Of a DNA stretch of 64,000 bases, positions 48,811 through 62,956 are shown piece by piece. Origin of the DNA: an uncultured Chloroflexia bacterium (GTDB lineage: Bacteria > Chloroflexota > Limnocylindria > Limnocylindrales > CSP1-4); assembly GCA_963748675.1 (NCBI GenBank), contig CAVVJX010000009.1, positions 456,713-520,712 on the forward strand, written 5' to 3'. A program made the translations under genes and the position numbers. The stretch's first letter is position 1. Each line of letters begins with the position of its first letter. Below the pieces are notes generated by a model. That model saw nothing but the letters and a program-made list of their open reading frames with translations, was not told where the DNA came from and did no database searches.

Positions 48811-49332
48811 TCAGTACTGGATGACGCTGGTGACCCGGCGTCCTTCCAGGCGGTCGCGTCCCTTGAGGAAGCCGAGCTCGACCAGGAATCCCAGGCCGAC
48901 GACCTCACCCTTGAGTCGCTCGATGAGCTCGATCGTGCCCTTGACGGTGCCGCCCGTCGCGAGCAGGTCGTCGATGATCAGCACCTTCTGGCCGGGCTGG
49001 ACGGCGTCGCGATGGATCTCGAGCGTGTTGGACCCGTACTCAAGGGCGTACTCGACGGTGATCGTCTCGGCCGGCAGCTTGCCGAGCTTGCGGACGGGGA
49101 CGAGACCGGCGTCCAGCTGGTAGGCCATCGGCGAGCTGAAGATGAACCCGCGCGACTCCATCCCGACGACGATGTCGATCTGCTCGTCCTTGTACGGCTC
49201 GAGCATCAGGTCGATCGCCTCCTTGTAGGCGGCCGGATCCTTGAGAAGGGTCGTGATGTCGTAGAACAGGATGCCGGGCTTCGGGAAGTCGGGGATCTCG
49301 CGGATCTTCTCGCGGAGCGACTCGGCGGACAT
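48811..49332 (-). CDS. apt: adenine phosphoribosyltransferase
   Basis: IPDFPKPGILFYDIT and the PRPP motif VLIIDDLLATGGT. 173 aa from ATG 49332. The 703-aa ORF in the track is an out-of-frame read-through from the MFS gene. Confidence 0.9.
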   Translation of the reverse strand: MSAESLREKIREIPDFPKPGILFYDITTLLKDPAAYKEAIDLMLEPYKDEQIDIVVGMESRGFIFSSPMAYQLDAGLVPVRKLGKLPAETITVEYALEYGSNTLEIHRDAVQPGQKVLIIDDLLATGGTVKGTIELIERLKGEVVGLGFLVELGFLKGRDRLEGRRVTSVIQY

Positions 49333-49472
49333 CGGCTGGAGACCTCGGAGCGGGTCGGTGGATGGGTTGCGGTCTTGGCGGACGATCGTGGCGGGATGGC
49401 GCGGGACGACGGTCGGTGAGCGACCCCCGGCCAGCGGAAAGTCTACCGCAGGCGAACGGGGCCGCCAGACGC

Positions 49473-50922
49473 TCAGGGGCCGGTCACCGGAACGGCGCTG
49501 GCGGCGGGGGCGGGCCGCGCATCCACCCGCAGCCGGCTGCTGAGGATCAGCCCGAGCGTCGCCACCGCGATCGCGACGGCGAAGCCGACCAGCAGGCCCT
49601 GGAACGGTGTGCCCGCGTCTCGGACCGACGCCGCCACGGCCGCCCCGGTGATCCCGGTCCCAAGCGCGGTCCCGAGCGAATCGGTGAGCGACAGTGCCGA
49701 CGAAGCTCGACCCTGCTCGGCGCCTGACGCCTCGCGCAGGACGATGAGCGCCAGCGGCGAGTAGGCAAGACCCATCCCCAGGCCGGCCAGGCCGACCGTC
49801 GGGATCGCCAGCCACGGCGAGAACTGGGGATAGAGGACGACGATGAACGTGGTGAGGCCGGCGATGAGGGCGGCGATCCCGGCCTGCACGAACCGCTCGG
49901 GCGGGTAGCGCGATGAGAGTCGGGCCTGGATCCACGAGCCGGACGTCCAGGTGAGCGTGGCCGCGGTCAGGGTGATGCCGGCCTCGGTCGCGCTGAGGCC
50001 GCGCCATTCGACCAGGGCCAGGGCGATGTAGGCGTCCACCGCGAAGAACGCGAAGGTGATGATGCCGCGGATGAGGACGGCGGCCGGCAGCCCGCGTGCG
50101 GCGCGCAGGGTGCCGGGTGGCGTCAGCTGACGGAGGGCCAGGATCGCGAGGACGGCCCCGATCGTTCCCAGCCCGACCAGCAGCTCCGGCTGACCACTCG
50201 TCAGGCCCCCGAGCAGCAGCCCGGTCCCGACGGCGACGAGGAGCGCCAGCGGGAGCCGTTGGCGCAGCGTCGCGGCGGTCGCGGACGGCGCACCCGGCCC
50301 GACGCGCCGTACCTGCGGGTACGCGATCGAGGCCGAGATCGCGATGAGCGGAAGGAGGCCCAGGAACACCCAGCGCCACCCGATGGACTCCCCGACGGCG
50401 CCGGAGATGGCCGGGCCCAGCAGGCCCGGCAAGCACCCACGCCGTCGAGAGGGTGGCGAACATCTGCGGCCGGAGCCGCTCCGGAAGACTGCGGCCGATC
50501 GCCACGTACGCGATGGGCGGGACTGTCCCGGCCCCGAGCCCCTGGAGGAACCGCCCGGCGACGAGCACCTCCATCGATGGAGCGAGGCCGCCGATGATCA
50601 GCCCGATGGCGAACAGCGCGATGCCGACCGCGAAGGGCCAGCCCAGTCCCCGCCGATCGATGATGCCGCCGACCACGACGATGCCGATGAGCGAACCGAG
50701 CATGAACGACGTGAACACCCAGCCGTACAGCTCGAGGTTGCCCAGCTCCCGCGCGACGATCGGCATGATCGTCGAGACGGCAAGCGCCTCGAACGCGACC
50801 AGGGTGACCGTGAGGACGAGCCCGACCGTGAGGTTGCGGCGACCCGCCGACCACAGGCCACGGCCGTCGTCGACGGGTCCCCGGGTGCGCTCCGGGCGCT
50901 CCGGGCTTTGGCTCACTGACAT
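49473..50922 (-). pseudogene. MFS transporter, frameshifted
   Basis: The N-terminal ~155 aa (…GRFLQGLGAGTVPP…FATLSTAWVLAG) lie in one frame. The remaining ~320 aa (LLGPAISGAVGESIGWRWVF…) lie in another. The switch is within 50420-50432. Length is 3n+1. Confidence 0.75.
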
Positions 50923-50962
50923 GGTCCAAGTCTGCCACCGACGGGCGCCCGTCCGCGCGGAG

Positions 50963-50986
50963 GCGCCCGACTAGCCGAGCGCCCGA

Positions 50987-50997
<11 letters not shown>
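50963..50997. repeat. 16-nt tandem duplication (2.2 copies) spanning the mfd stop codon
   Basis: gcgcccgactagccga occurs at 50963-50978 and again at 50979-50994. Confidence 0.9.
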
Positions 50998-54813
<3,816 letters not shown>

Positions 54814-54821
<8 letters not shown>

Positions 54822-55509
54822 CGGCCGTCTTGTCCTTGCGCTGCAGGACGCGACGCCAGCCGGTCTTCGTGCGGCGCACCCCGGTCTCGTCCGGCGGCCC
54901 GTCGACCTCGCCCGGAGCGGCGAGCCGATCCGCGTCCGCCTCGCGCAACTGGAACGTGTTGAAGCGGTTGGACGCCTTGCTCGTGCCGTCCCGCGCCCAT
55001 CCCTCGACGGCATCGGCGGCCGCGTCGAGCAGCTCGTCGAGGCGCTGGACCTCGTCCGGCGCGAACTTCGAGAGCACGTGGTCCCGGCCGTTTCGGGCCG
55101 GATCGCCGATCCCCACGCGCAGGCGGCTGAACTTCTCCGTGCCGAGATCGTCGATGATCGAGCGCAGGCCGTTGTGCCCGCCGTGGCTGCCCGCTTCGCG
55201 GAAGCGCAGCTTGCCGAACGGCAGCGCGAAGTCGTCCGCGACGATGAGGAGGTCACCCAGCGGGGCGTGCTCGCGCTGCAGGACCTTGCGGACCGCCTGG
55301 CCCGACTCGTTCATGTAGGTCAGCGGCTTGACGAGGGTCAGGTCCAGGCCGCGGTAGCGCCCGCCGACGACGTTGGAGTTGTCGCGCCGGCGCCCACGGC
55401 CATCCCAGCCGGCCCGCTCGGCGAGCCGATCCATGACCAGCCAGCCGATGTTGTGGCGGGTCCCGGCGTATTGCGAGCCCGGGTTCCCGAGACCGACGAC
55501 GACCTTCAA
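54814..55509 (-). CDS. pth: peptidyl-tRNA hydrolase with a ~45-aa C-terminal tail
   Basis: TTG start preceded by GGAGG. VVVGLGNPGSQYAGTRHNIGW and HGGHNGLRS motifs. Overlaps the mfd start by 8 nt. Confidence 0.88.
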
Positions 55510-55639
55510 CGATTCCTCCGCGGACAGCACGATGTGGCCCGAATCCCGGCCGGCCGCGACGCGAACGTCGCCTGGGCAACCGGCGGGAGGGCCGAGCGAG
55601 GATGGTACCCGGACGAGCGCGGTCGCGCCGGGCCTGGCG

Positions 55640-56392
55640 TTAGAACTCCGGCGCGACGGGCTCCGCTGGCGGGAAGACGCCGGCATCGAGCAACCGGCGG
55701 TCGCCGAGGGGCTCGCGCAGCTCCACGACGACTCGGGCCGGCGGGTTGCTGGGGCAGGTCGCGAAACCGTTGTTGACCTGGGGCTGGGCGGCGAAGACGA
55801 CGAGCACCTCTTCTTCGCCGTACGTGATCGATGGCGGCAGCAGCCGTGCCCCCATCGCCTGGCCACTCGTGCACTCCGTTTCCGTCACCAGCGCCGTGAA
55901 CGTCGTGGCATCGTCGGCTGGTGCCGGGACGTCCGGGTCGAGGGTCCAGGTCGTCCGGCTGAGGCCCTCGAGCACGATCGCCGGCCGGCATTGGCCCCAA
56001 CCCGCCAGCTTCCAGCGGCCGCCGCCCTGGTTCTCGAAGGTGGCCGACACGAACGCGGGGTCCGCTCCGGGTGGCTCGGCAGCCACGTATTCGGCGATGC
56101 GCTCGTCGCGGCTGGCAAGCCAGTAGCCGGACTCGGGAAGCATGTCGATCTCCTGGCCACCCTGCGCGATGGCCGCGCGCAGTGCGGCCGCCGAGGGATG
56201 GTTCTCGGTCTCCGCATTCGCCGGGCCATCGAGAAGGCCGGGGAGGAAGCCTGGTGGCCCGCCGCACGAGTAGCGGATCTCGCCAAGGTCGGGCGCGGCG
56301 GGCGCTTCGTTCGCCGGTGTCGTCGCCGACCCGCAGCCGAGCACCGCGACGGCGACGAGGGCGAGTAGCCAGCGGACGGGAACCGTGAGCAT
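55640..56392 (-). CDS. lipoprotein, unknown function
   Basis: ATG 56392, lipobox VAVLGCG. 250 aa. Confidence 0.6.
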   Translation of the reverse strand: MLTVPVRWLLALVAVAVLGCGSATTPANEAPAAPDLGEIRYSCGGPPGFLPGLLDGPANAETENHPSAAALRAAIAQGGQEIDMLPESGYWLASRDERIAEYVAAEPPGADPAFVSATFENQGGGRWKLAGWGQCRPAIVLEGLSRTTWTLDPDVPAPADDATTFTALVTETECTSGQAMGARLLPPSITYGEEEVLVVFAAQPQVNNGFATCPSNPPARVVVELREPLGDRRLLDAGVFPPAEPVAPEF

Positions 56393-56439
56393 CGTGGACA
56401 GAGACGACCGGAACCGGCGCTCGGTTGCCACGGGGCGCG

Positions 56440-56988
56440 TCAGCCGGTCGTGCCGAGCAGGCGGCGCTCCAGTGCCCGCATCGCGGCCTCCTCGAGGGGA
56501 TCGGCGTGGTCCCAACCGCAGACGTGCAGGACACCATGGGTGACGAGCAGCCGCAGCTCGTCGGCGGCGGACCAGCGCACGTCCCCGGTGTGGCCGCCAC
56601 GGCCCGACGCCGCTTGCTCCACGGCTCGTTCCACCGATACGACGATGTCACCGAGGTGCAGCCGGCGGCCCGGCGGCAGCGCGAAGAACGGCGGCGCGTC
56701 CCCCGCGGCCGTCGTCCGGCCCGGGTGCGGTGGGAACACGTCGGGCGGGACCAGCGGGAATGACAGCACGTCCGTCGGACCGTCCACCCCCATGTGCGTC
56801 GCGTTCAATCCGGCGAGCTCCGCGTCGTCGGCCAGGATCAGCCCGATCGATGCCGGGGAAGGCGCCCCGGCCGCCTCGAGGGCCGCGGCCACGACCCCGC
56901 CCAGGGCCGCGCCAGCCAGCGGCGACCGGACGCCGTCGCGGACCTCGAGGTCGATCCGCCACGGTGGTCGATAGATGGGGCGCGTCAC
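56440..56988 (-). CDS. ybeY: rRNA maturation endoribonuclease YbeY
   Basis: Zn motif THGVLHVCGWDH. The GTG start overlaps the pgpH-like stop (GTGA). Confidence 0.85.
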   Translation of the reverse strand: MTRPIYRPPWRIDLEVRDGVRSPLAGAALGGVVAAALEAAGAPSPASIGLILADDAELAGLNATHMGVDGPTDVLSFPLVPPDVFPPHPGRTTAAGDAPPFFALPPGRRLHLGDIVVSVERAVEQAASGRGGHTGDVRWSAADELRLLVTHGVLHVCGWDHADPLEEAAMRALERRLLGTTG

Positions 56989-59276
56989 GAGGCGGGCGTG
57001 TCTCCTCCGCCGGCGATGCCCGGGCCGCCTGGGCCGCCCGCGACATCGCCCCCACCCGAGGCGCCGCCACCAGCCGCCGCGACCCGCCGCGACTCCAGCT
57101 CCACGACGGTGTTCTGCGGGTACGCGATCCGCGTGTGGTACATGCCCAGGAGCTGCTCCACGAACGCATTTCGGATGCGCTCGAGGTCGCGCAGGGTCAG
57201 GTCGCACTCGTCGAACTGGCCGTCGCTGATGCGCTCATCGATGATCCGCGCCACCATCGCCCGGATCGCCGGCTCATCGCGGGCGGCCAGTGATCGGACC
57301 GAAGCTTCCACGCCGTCGGCGAGCATGATCAGCGCGGCCTCGCGGGTCTGCGGCTTCGGCCCGGAGTGCCGGAACCGGCGCTCGTCGATGACCTGGGCCG
57401 CCTTCTCCCCCTGGGCGGTCAGGAGACCACCGTACGGCTCGGCGGCTCGCTCCCTGGCCCGAGCGAAGAAGTAGCTCATGATCGCCGTCCCGTGGTGCTG
57501 CGGGATGAAGGCGATCAGGGCCTTGGGAAGCTTGGCGGCATACGCGGTGTCGATGCCGTCGGCGACATGCTGTTTGAGGACCTGGGCGCTCACCTCGGGT
57601 TCGAGCTGGTCGTGGATGTTCTCGCCACCCGCCTGGTTCTCGATGAAGGCGAGCGGGTTCGAGAGCTTGCCGACGTCGTGGTAGTAGGCGGCGACGCGGG
57701 TCACGAGCGGATCGGCGCCGATCGCCTCGGCGGCACGTTCGGCCAGGTTCCCGACCATCAGCGAGTGGTGATAGGTGCCGGGCGTCTCGACCAGGAGCCG
57801 TCGCAGCAGGGGCTGCGACGGGTTCGCGAGCTCCAGCAGCTGGAAGACCGTGAGGATCCCGAACACCGATCCGAGGACGGCGAACGTCCCGACCGCCGCG
57901 ACCGACGATCCGATGGCGGCCGCCGCGGACGCGAACCACAACTCGAGGACCCCGCGGATGTCGCGCGCGCCGAGCAGCGAGAAGATCGAGACGACGACGA
58001 TGTTGACGACGAAGACCGCGATCGCGGCCTGGACGAAGACCTGCAGCCGGTCGCCCTTGCGGACCGCGATGATGCCGGCCATGCCGCCGAGGAACGTGTA
58101 CGACGCGAATTCAAGCGAGTTGCCGTTGAGCGCGCCGCCGATGATCGCGATGACCGCGACGACGATCGTTGCGACCGACGCGTCCAGCAGGATCGCCAGC
58201 AGCATCCCGATGGCCGCCGTCGGCAGGAAGTAGCCGAGGATCGCGCGACCGGCCGTGATCTTGAGCGCGAGCGTGGTCCCGGCGAGCAGCAGGCCGATCA
58301 GGAAGATGACGTTGTTGCGGTGCCAGAGCGCCGGCCGGAAGCGCCAGATCCAGGCCAGCAGCATCGCGACGACCAGGATGGACAGTAGCAGCCAGCCCGC
58401 GAAGCTCGCGAGATCGGGGGCGTTCTCGCCGATGCCGAGCGCCCCGATGGTCTCGATGTCCGCGGCGTCGAGTCGCTTGCCGTTGGGGATGACGATCTCG
58501 CCTTGCGCAACGCTGACGCGGACCGGATCGACGGCCGCTGCCGCCGCGTCGCGGGCTCCGTCGGTGAGGGCCTGGTCGAACGACGAGTTCGGCACGATGA
58601 GTGGGGAGATCAGCTCGGCCGCGAGCATCCGCTCGGCCGCGTCGAGGCCGCCCGCCATCTTGCCGGCCAGCTGCGTCCGCGTCTGCGCGACGTCGGTCTC
58701 ACGCAACTCGAGCAGCAACGTCCGCTGGAGCACCTGGCCTGCCTGGGTCCGGACCTCCGCCCAACGGGCCGGATCGAGCCCGACGAGGCTCGCCTGCGCG
58801 TCATCCGAGAGGTCCGGGACCGCCACCTCGAGCAGCGAAGCCCGCTCCTCGGGGGTGAGGTCGGCGCCGAACGCGGTGTCGACCCGGTCGACCCGTGCGT
58901 CGAAGGCGGTCGCCTGTTCGGCCGCGATCGCGATCGCCGCGTCGGTCGTGTAGGTGTACTGGGGCGGGACGGCGTCGCGGGCATCGGTTCGCGCCTGCTC
59001 GGTCCGGACCTCGCTGTCGAAGGTGGTCGCGCGTGGGGCGATGATGTCGGTTCGCGCGATCTCGCCCGGTGTGTACTGGAAGGTCTCCTCGGGCAGGATG
59101 TCGGCCCCGAGGATCGCGGTCATGACCAGCACGAGGATGCCCGCGGCCACGCCGAGGCGCGTCGCATCGCTGCGCGTGAAGCGCGCGATGACGGGGGCTC
59201 GGTGGATCAACACCGGACGTCGCTCGCGCGGTTCAATGCGGGCTCCCGTCGTGTGCGGCGAGGTCCGCCTGGGCAA
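56985..59276 (-). CDS. 7TM-receptor/HD-domain (HDIG) phosphohydrolase, PgpH/YqfF family
   Basis: N-terminal TM, extracellular domain and 7 TM, then HD motifs YHHSLMVGNLAE and YYHDVGK. Gly-rich C-terminal tail. The start may be GTG 59213 rather than 59276. Confidence 0.85.
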   Translation of the reverse strand: MPRRTSPHTTGARIEPRERRPVLIHRAPVIARFTRSDATRLGVAAGILVLVMTAILGADILPEETFQYTPGEIARTDIIAPRATTFDSEVRTEQARTDARDAVPPQYTYTTDAAIAIAAEQATAFDARVDRVDTAFGADLTPEERASLLEVAVPDLSDDAQASLVGLDPARWAEVRTQAGQVLQRTLLLELRETDVAQTRTQLAGKMAGGLDAAERMLAAELISPLIVPNSSFDQALTDGARDAAAAAVDPVRVSVAQGEIVIPNGKRLDAADIETIGALGIGENAPDLASFAGWLLLSILVVAMLLAWIWRFRPALWHRNNVIFLIGLLLAGTTLALKITAGRAILGYFLPTAAIGMLLAILLDASVATIVVAVIAIIGGALNGNSLEFASYTFLGGMAGIIAVRKGDRLQVFVQAAIAVFVVNIVVVSIFSLLGARDIRGVLELWFASAAAAIGSSVAAVGTFAVLGSVFGILTVFQLLELANPSQPLLRRLLVETPGTYHHSLMVGNLAERAAEAIGADPLVTRVAAYYHDVGKLSNPLAFIENQAGGENIHDQLEPEVSAQVLKQHVADGIDTAYAAKLPKALIAFIPQHHGTAIMSYFFARARERAAEPYGGLLTAQGEKAAQVIDERRFRHSGPKPQTREAALIMLADGVEASVRSLAARDEPAIRAMVARIIDERISDGQFDECDLTLRDLERIRNAFVEQLLGMYHTRIAYPQNTVVELESRRVAAAGGGASGGGDVAGGPGGPGIAGGGDTPAS

Positions 59277-59712
59277 GCCTGCTGGCCACGAGCCCGCTGA
59301 CGACCTTGCCGTCGGCGCGGCCGCGGATGCGCGGGGAGAGCCAGCCCATGACCTTGCCCATGTCGCGTGGGTTCGTCGCGCCGGTCTCGGCGATCGCCTC
59401 GTCCAGGAGCGCCCCGATCTCCGCCTCGCTCAGTGCGGCGGGAAGGTACTCGTCGAGGATCGCGATCTCCGACCGCTCCTTCGCGGCGAGATCCTCGCGC
59501 CCGGCCTTCGTGTAGGCGTCGACCGACTCGCGCCGCGTCTTCACCTCGCGGGTGAGGACGGCCAGGAACTCGTCGTCGGTCAGCGGCTTCTGGTTGCGCT
59601 TCTCGACGTTGTAGGCGGCATTGGCCGCCATGCGCAGCACGTCGCGGCGCAGCACGTCACCGCTGCGCATCGCAGCGGTGATATCGGTCTGGACTCGATC
59701 ACGAAGGGACAC
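59233..59712 (-). CDS. GatB/YqeY domain-containing protein
   Basis: LRDRVQTDITAAMRSGD...LTREVKTRRESVDAYTKAGREDLAAKERSEIAILDEYLP is typical of YqeY. Confidence 0.85.
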   Translation of the reverse strand: MSLRDRVQTDITAAMRSGDVLRRDVLRMAANAAYNVEKRNQKPLTDDEFLAVLTREVKTRRESVDAYTKAGREDLAAKERSEIAILDEYLPAALSEAEIGALLDEAIAETGATNPRDMGKVMGWLSPRIRGRADGKVVSGLVASRLAQADLAAHDGSPH

Positions 59713-59789
59713 CGGTATGGCTACCTCGGGCGGTCGTTCAGCAACGCCCGTGGGGCCGCAGTGGTTCCGGTCGATGCGGGTGACCCCGC

Positions 59790-59975
59790 TCAGCCGGCCT
59801 GCGTTCGGGCGTTCTTCTTGCGCTTGGCTTCCTTGCGCTTCCGCTTCACGGAAGGCTTCTCGTAGTGCTCGCGGCGGCGAGCCTCGGCGAGGATGCCGCT
59901 CTGCTGGATCTTCTTGTTGAAGCGGCGCAGGGCGCTTTCGAACGTCTCGTTCTCTCCCACTCGGACTTCAGCCAA
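59790..59975 (-). CDS. rpsU: 30S ribosomal protein S21
   Basis: TTG start with GGAGGAGG upstream. [47 protein letters not shown]. Confidence 0.88.
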   Translation of the reverse strand: MAEVRVGENETFESALRRFNKKIQQSGILAEARRREHYEKPSVKRKRKEAKRKKNARTQAG

Positions 59976-60397
59976 TCGGTGTTCACCTCCTCCGACCCGG
60001 GTCTCGATCTCGTTCACGTCCGGCGCGCGGCCGTCCGGCTGGACGTGTACTCGACGGGGGGCCGCAGAGCCGCCGGAGTCTACCCGAGGGCCCCGGGTGG
60101 GTCAAACGCCGTGATGGCGCCTGTAGCCGAACCCCAAGCGTGCTCATCAGACTGCAGAATCGGTGTCAACGCTGCCGGTCGCCGTGCTTACGGCGAGACC
60201 GTGCCTCGGGGACACGTTCGGGATCCCGAGCGAGTCGGACCGGCGACCTTCGACGCCATCCTGCCGACTGGCAGGCACGCACGGAGCGCCGTGGAACGCC
60301 CGTCAGACGGCCGGCAGGCGCTCTCCGAGCGCGATGTCACGCGATCACCCGGACCGCGTCGTCGTAGCATTCGGCGACCCGCCCGAGGAATCCGTTC

Positions 60398-62029
60398 GTG
60401 CCGATGACCCTGATCGACCTGCTCGAGCGCGCCGTGACCCGCTTCGGCGATCGACCGGCCCTTGGCCTGCGTTCCGACGACGGCTCGGGCACGCACTGGT
60501 CGTACCGCGATCTCGATCGCCGCGCGAGGATCGCCGCCTGGCGGCTAAGGGCGCTGGACCTGGAACCCGGCGACCGCATCCTGACCTGGAGCCCATCGAG
60601 CCCGGAGCTACCGGCCGCCTACTTCGGGGCGATGCACGCTCGACTCGTGATCGTGCCGCTCGACCTGCGGATGTCGATGGACGCGGTCGCGACGATCGTC
60701 CGCGCCTCAGGGGCGCGCCACCTGATCCTGGGCACGGGCCGCGACGCGCCCGATCCGGCTGCGGCCGGTCTCGCGGACTTCCCGACGACGACGGTCGAGG
60801 CGCTCTCCGCGGAGCCTGCGGATGACGACCCGCTCTTCCCGCCCGACTGGGAGGCGCGCCAGGCCGCCTGGAAGCGCCCCGAACCCGACGAGGTGTTCCA
60901 GCTCATCTTCACGAGCGGCACCACGGGCACGCCGAAGGGCGTGATGCTCGCCCACGACAACGTCGCGGCGTCGATCGAGTCGTTCCACCACATCGTCCCG
61001 CCGATGGAGCATCGGCTGGTCTCGCTTCTGCCGCTGTCTCACCTACTCGAGCAGGCCGTCGGGCTCTACTACGCGCTCGATGTCGGGGCGGACATCCTCT
61101 ATGTCCGAAGCCGGAATCCGCGGGTCATCTTCGATGCCTTGCGCGAGCAGCGGGTGACCTCGATGGTGGTCGTGCCGCAGGTCCTCGACCTCTTCTGGAG
61201 CGCCATCGAACGCGAGATCGACAAACGAGGTCGCCGGGCGACCGTCGATCGACTGCGCGGCGTCGCGCGCCACCTGCCCTTCGCGGTTCGGAGGCTGCTG
61301 TTCCGGAGCGTCCACGCGCAGCTGGGCGGGCACTTCCGGCTGTTCCTGTCGTCGGGGGCATTCCTGCCGCCGTCGCTGCAGCAGGCGTGGGAGGACCTCG
61401 GCGTCACGGTCCTCCAGGGCTACGGCACCACGGAAACCGGGACCGGGGCCTGCACGACCCTCGACGACCACGGGCCGGGCACGGTGGGGCGGACGCCCGA
61501 AGGGATCGACATGCGGATCGTGGAAGGCGGCGAGATCCAGTTCCGCGGCCGGTCCATCTTCAAGGGCTACTGGGATGCGCCCGAGCTGACCAAACAGGCC
61601 TTCACGGACGACGGCTGGTACAAGACGGGCGACCTCGGTCATTTCGATGCGGCCCGCCGGCTCATCCTCAGCGGTCGGATCAAGGACATGATCGTGCTGC
61701 CCAACGGATTCAACGTGTATCCGGAGGACATCGAGAACGCGCTCCGGATCGCCGGCATCCGCGATGCCGTGGTCGTCGAGACGGAGCCCGGCCGCATCGA
61801 GGCGGTCGTGCTCGCGCTCGAAGGTGAGACGCCGGACACCGTCGCCACCCGGGTGAGTGCCGCGGTGAAGGCCGCGAATGCCAGCCTGGGTCCGAATCAG
61901 CGGATCGCCGGATGGCGCCAGTGGCCGGATGAGGACTTCCCGCGGACCCACACGCTGAAGGTCAAGCGCGATCCTGTCCGGCGCTGGGCCTCGCCGGGAG
62001 CAGCGTCGTCCGTCGGCGCGGGCGGCTGA
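60398..62029 (+). CDS. AMP-dependent synthetase/ligase (long-chain fatty-acid--CoA ligase-like)
   Basis: AMP motif FTSGTTGTPKGV, GYGTTET and GWYKTGD. GAGGAA upstream of GTG 60398. Confidence 0.85.
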   Translation: MPMTLIDLLERAVTRFGDRPALGLRSDDGSGTHWSYRDLDRRARIAAWRLRALDLEPGDRILTWSPSSPELPAAYFGAMHARLVIVPLDLRMSMDAVATIVRASGARHLILGTGRDAPDPAAAGLADFPTTTVEALSAEPADDDPLFPPDWEARQAAWKRPEPDEVFQLIFTSGTTGTPKGVMLAHDNVAASIESFHHIVPPMEHRLVSLLPLSHLLEQAVGLYYALDVGADILYVRSRNPRVIFDALREQRVTSMVVVPQVLDLFWSAIEREIDKRGRRATVDRLRGVARHLPFAVRRLLFRSVHAQLGGHFRLFLSSGAFLPPSLQQAWEDLGVTVLQGYGTTETGTGACTTLDDHGPGTVGRTPEGIDMRIVEGGEIQFRGRSIFKGYWDAPELTKQAFTDDGWYKTGDLGHFDAARRLILSGRIKDMIVLPNGFNVYPEDIENALRIAGIRDAVVVETEPGRIEAVVLALEGETPDTVATRVSAAVKAANASLGPNQRIAGWRQWPDEDFPRTHTLKVKRDPVRRWASPGAASSVGAGG

Positions 62030-62391
62030 TGGCTCGGGCGATGCAGCGTTCCGTGCTGCTGGTCGCGCTCGCCGTCGCCCTCGCGGCGTGCGGCCTGCTT
62101 CCCTCGCCACCCCCCGTGGCGCTGACCGATGCCGAGGCTGTCACCAGAGCGCGCGAGGCTGCGCCCGACCTGTTCCGGGACGAGGGGTTGCTCGGCGTCG
62201 TTCGCGGGACCTACCGGGACCTGGCGTTGGGAAACTTGATCGTCCTGAGCGGCATGCCGCCCACGCCCGACCAATGCGTCTTCCACGTGAAGGTCGGTCA
62301 TGAGTCGGCCCCCCAGATGGGTCAGGGAGCATCCGTGGTGCTCGACTGCTTCACCGGGGAGGTCATCCACGTGTATACGTGGAGCACGTGA
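62029..62391 (+). CDS. small lipoprotein, unknown function
   Basis: The ATG overlaps the ligase stop (TGATG). Lipobox LAVALAACG. 120 aa. Confidence 0.55.
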   Translation: MARAMQRSVLLVALAVALAACGLLPSPPPVALTDAEAVTRAREAAPDLFRDEGLLGVVRGTYRDLALGNLIVLSGMPPTPDQCVFHVKVGHESAPQMGQGASVVLDCFTGEVIHVYTWST

Positions 62392-62401
62392 CCTTCGGTG
62401 G

Positions 62402-62956
62402 TCAGGCCGGGATCGGCACCGCCGTCCCCAGCGTCTCGAGGGCGGGCTGGATATCCGGCTGTCGCTCATCCGCCGCGCCTTCGGGCACCCACGAATAGAG
62501 GACGACGGTCGATCCCACGAGTCGCATGACATGCCTCGCTCCGAACGCCGACTGGACGCGTGCGGGGCCGCTCGCGAGGTAGGCGGCCTGGCCGGCAGCG
62601 GCCTCCGCGGCCGCGGTCGCGTCCGGGAACTCGTAGACGACGATGAAGCCCTCGGTCGGGGCGTTCGGCAGCACGACCTGGTAGATCGCGCGCGGCGTCG
62701 TCGTGAACGTCACGTCCTCGGGCGGGCGGAACGGCGCCTCCGTGTCGCGCAGGACGAGGTTGCGCTCGCCAAGGACCCGCACGAGCTCGATCCGTGTCTG
62801 GGCTGCCGCCGGTCCGGCCGTCCGCGCCGGGCCGAGCGTGCCGGCCGGGAACGTGGCGAGGACCGGGCCGTCGCCGGGTGCGCAGGCGGCAAGCGCGCCG
62901 GCGACGAGGAACGCGGCCGCGGCCGAGGCGAGGCGTCGCGTCACCCGGGCGGCCAT
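62402..62956 (-). CDS. lipoprotein, unknown function
   Basis: AAFLVAGALAAC lipobox. ATG 62956 or GTG 62944 (GTGA overlap with the HIT stop). Confidence 0.55.
   Translation of the reverse strand: MAARVTRRLASAAAAFLVAGALAACAPGDGPVLATFPAGTLGPARTAGPAAAQTRIELVRVLGERNLVLRDTEAPFRPPEDVTFTTTPRAIYQVVLPNAPTEGFIVVYEFPDATAAAEAAAGQAAYLASGPARVQSAFGARHVMRLVGSTVVLYSWVPEGAADERQPDIQPALETLGTAVPIPA

Noticed and set aside
48811-50922. 703-aa ORF that looks like an MFS-Apt fusion protein.
   Set aside because: The middle ~370 aa are Arg/Pro-rich out-of-frame text. The true MFS continuation lies in another frame (49473..50432). apt has its own ATG at 49332.
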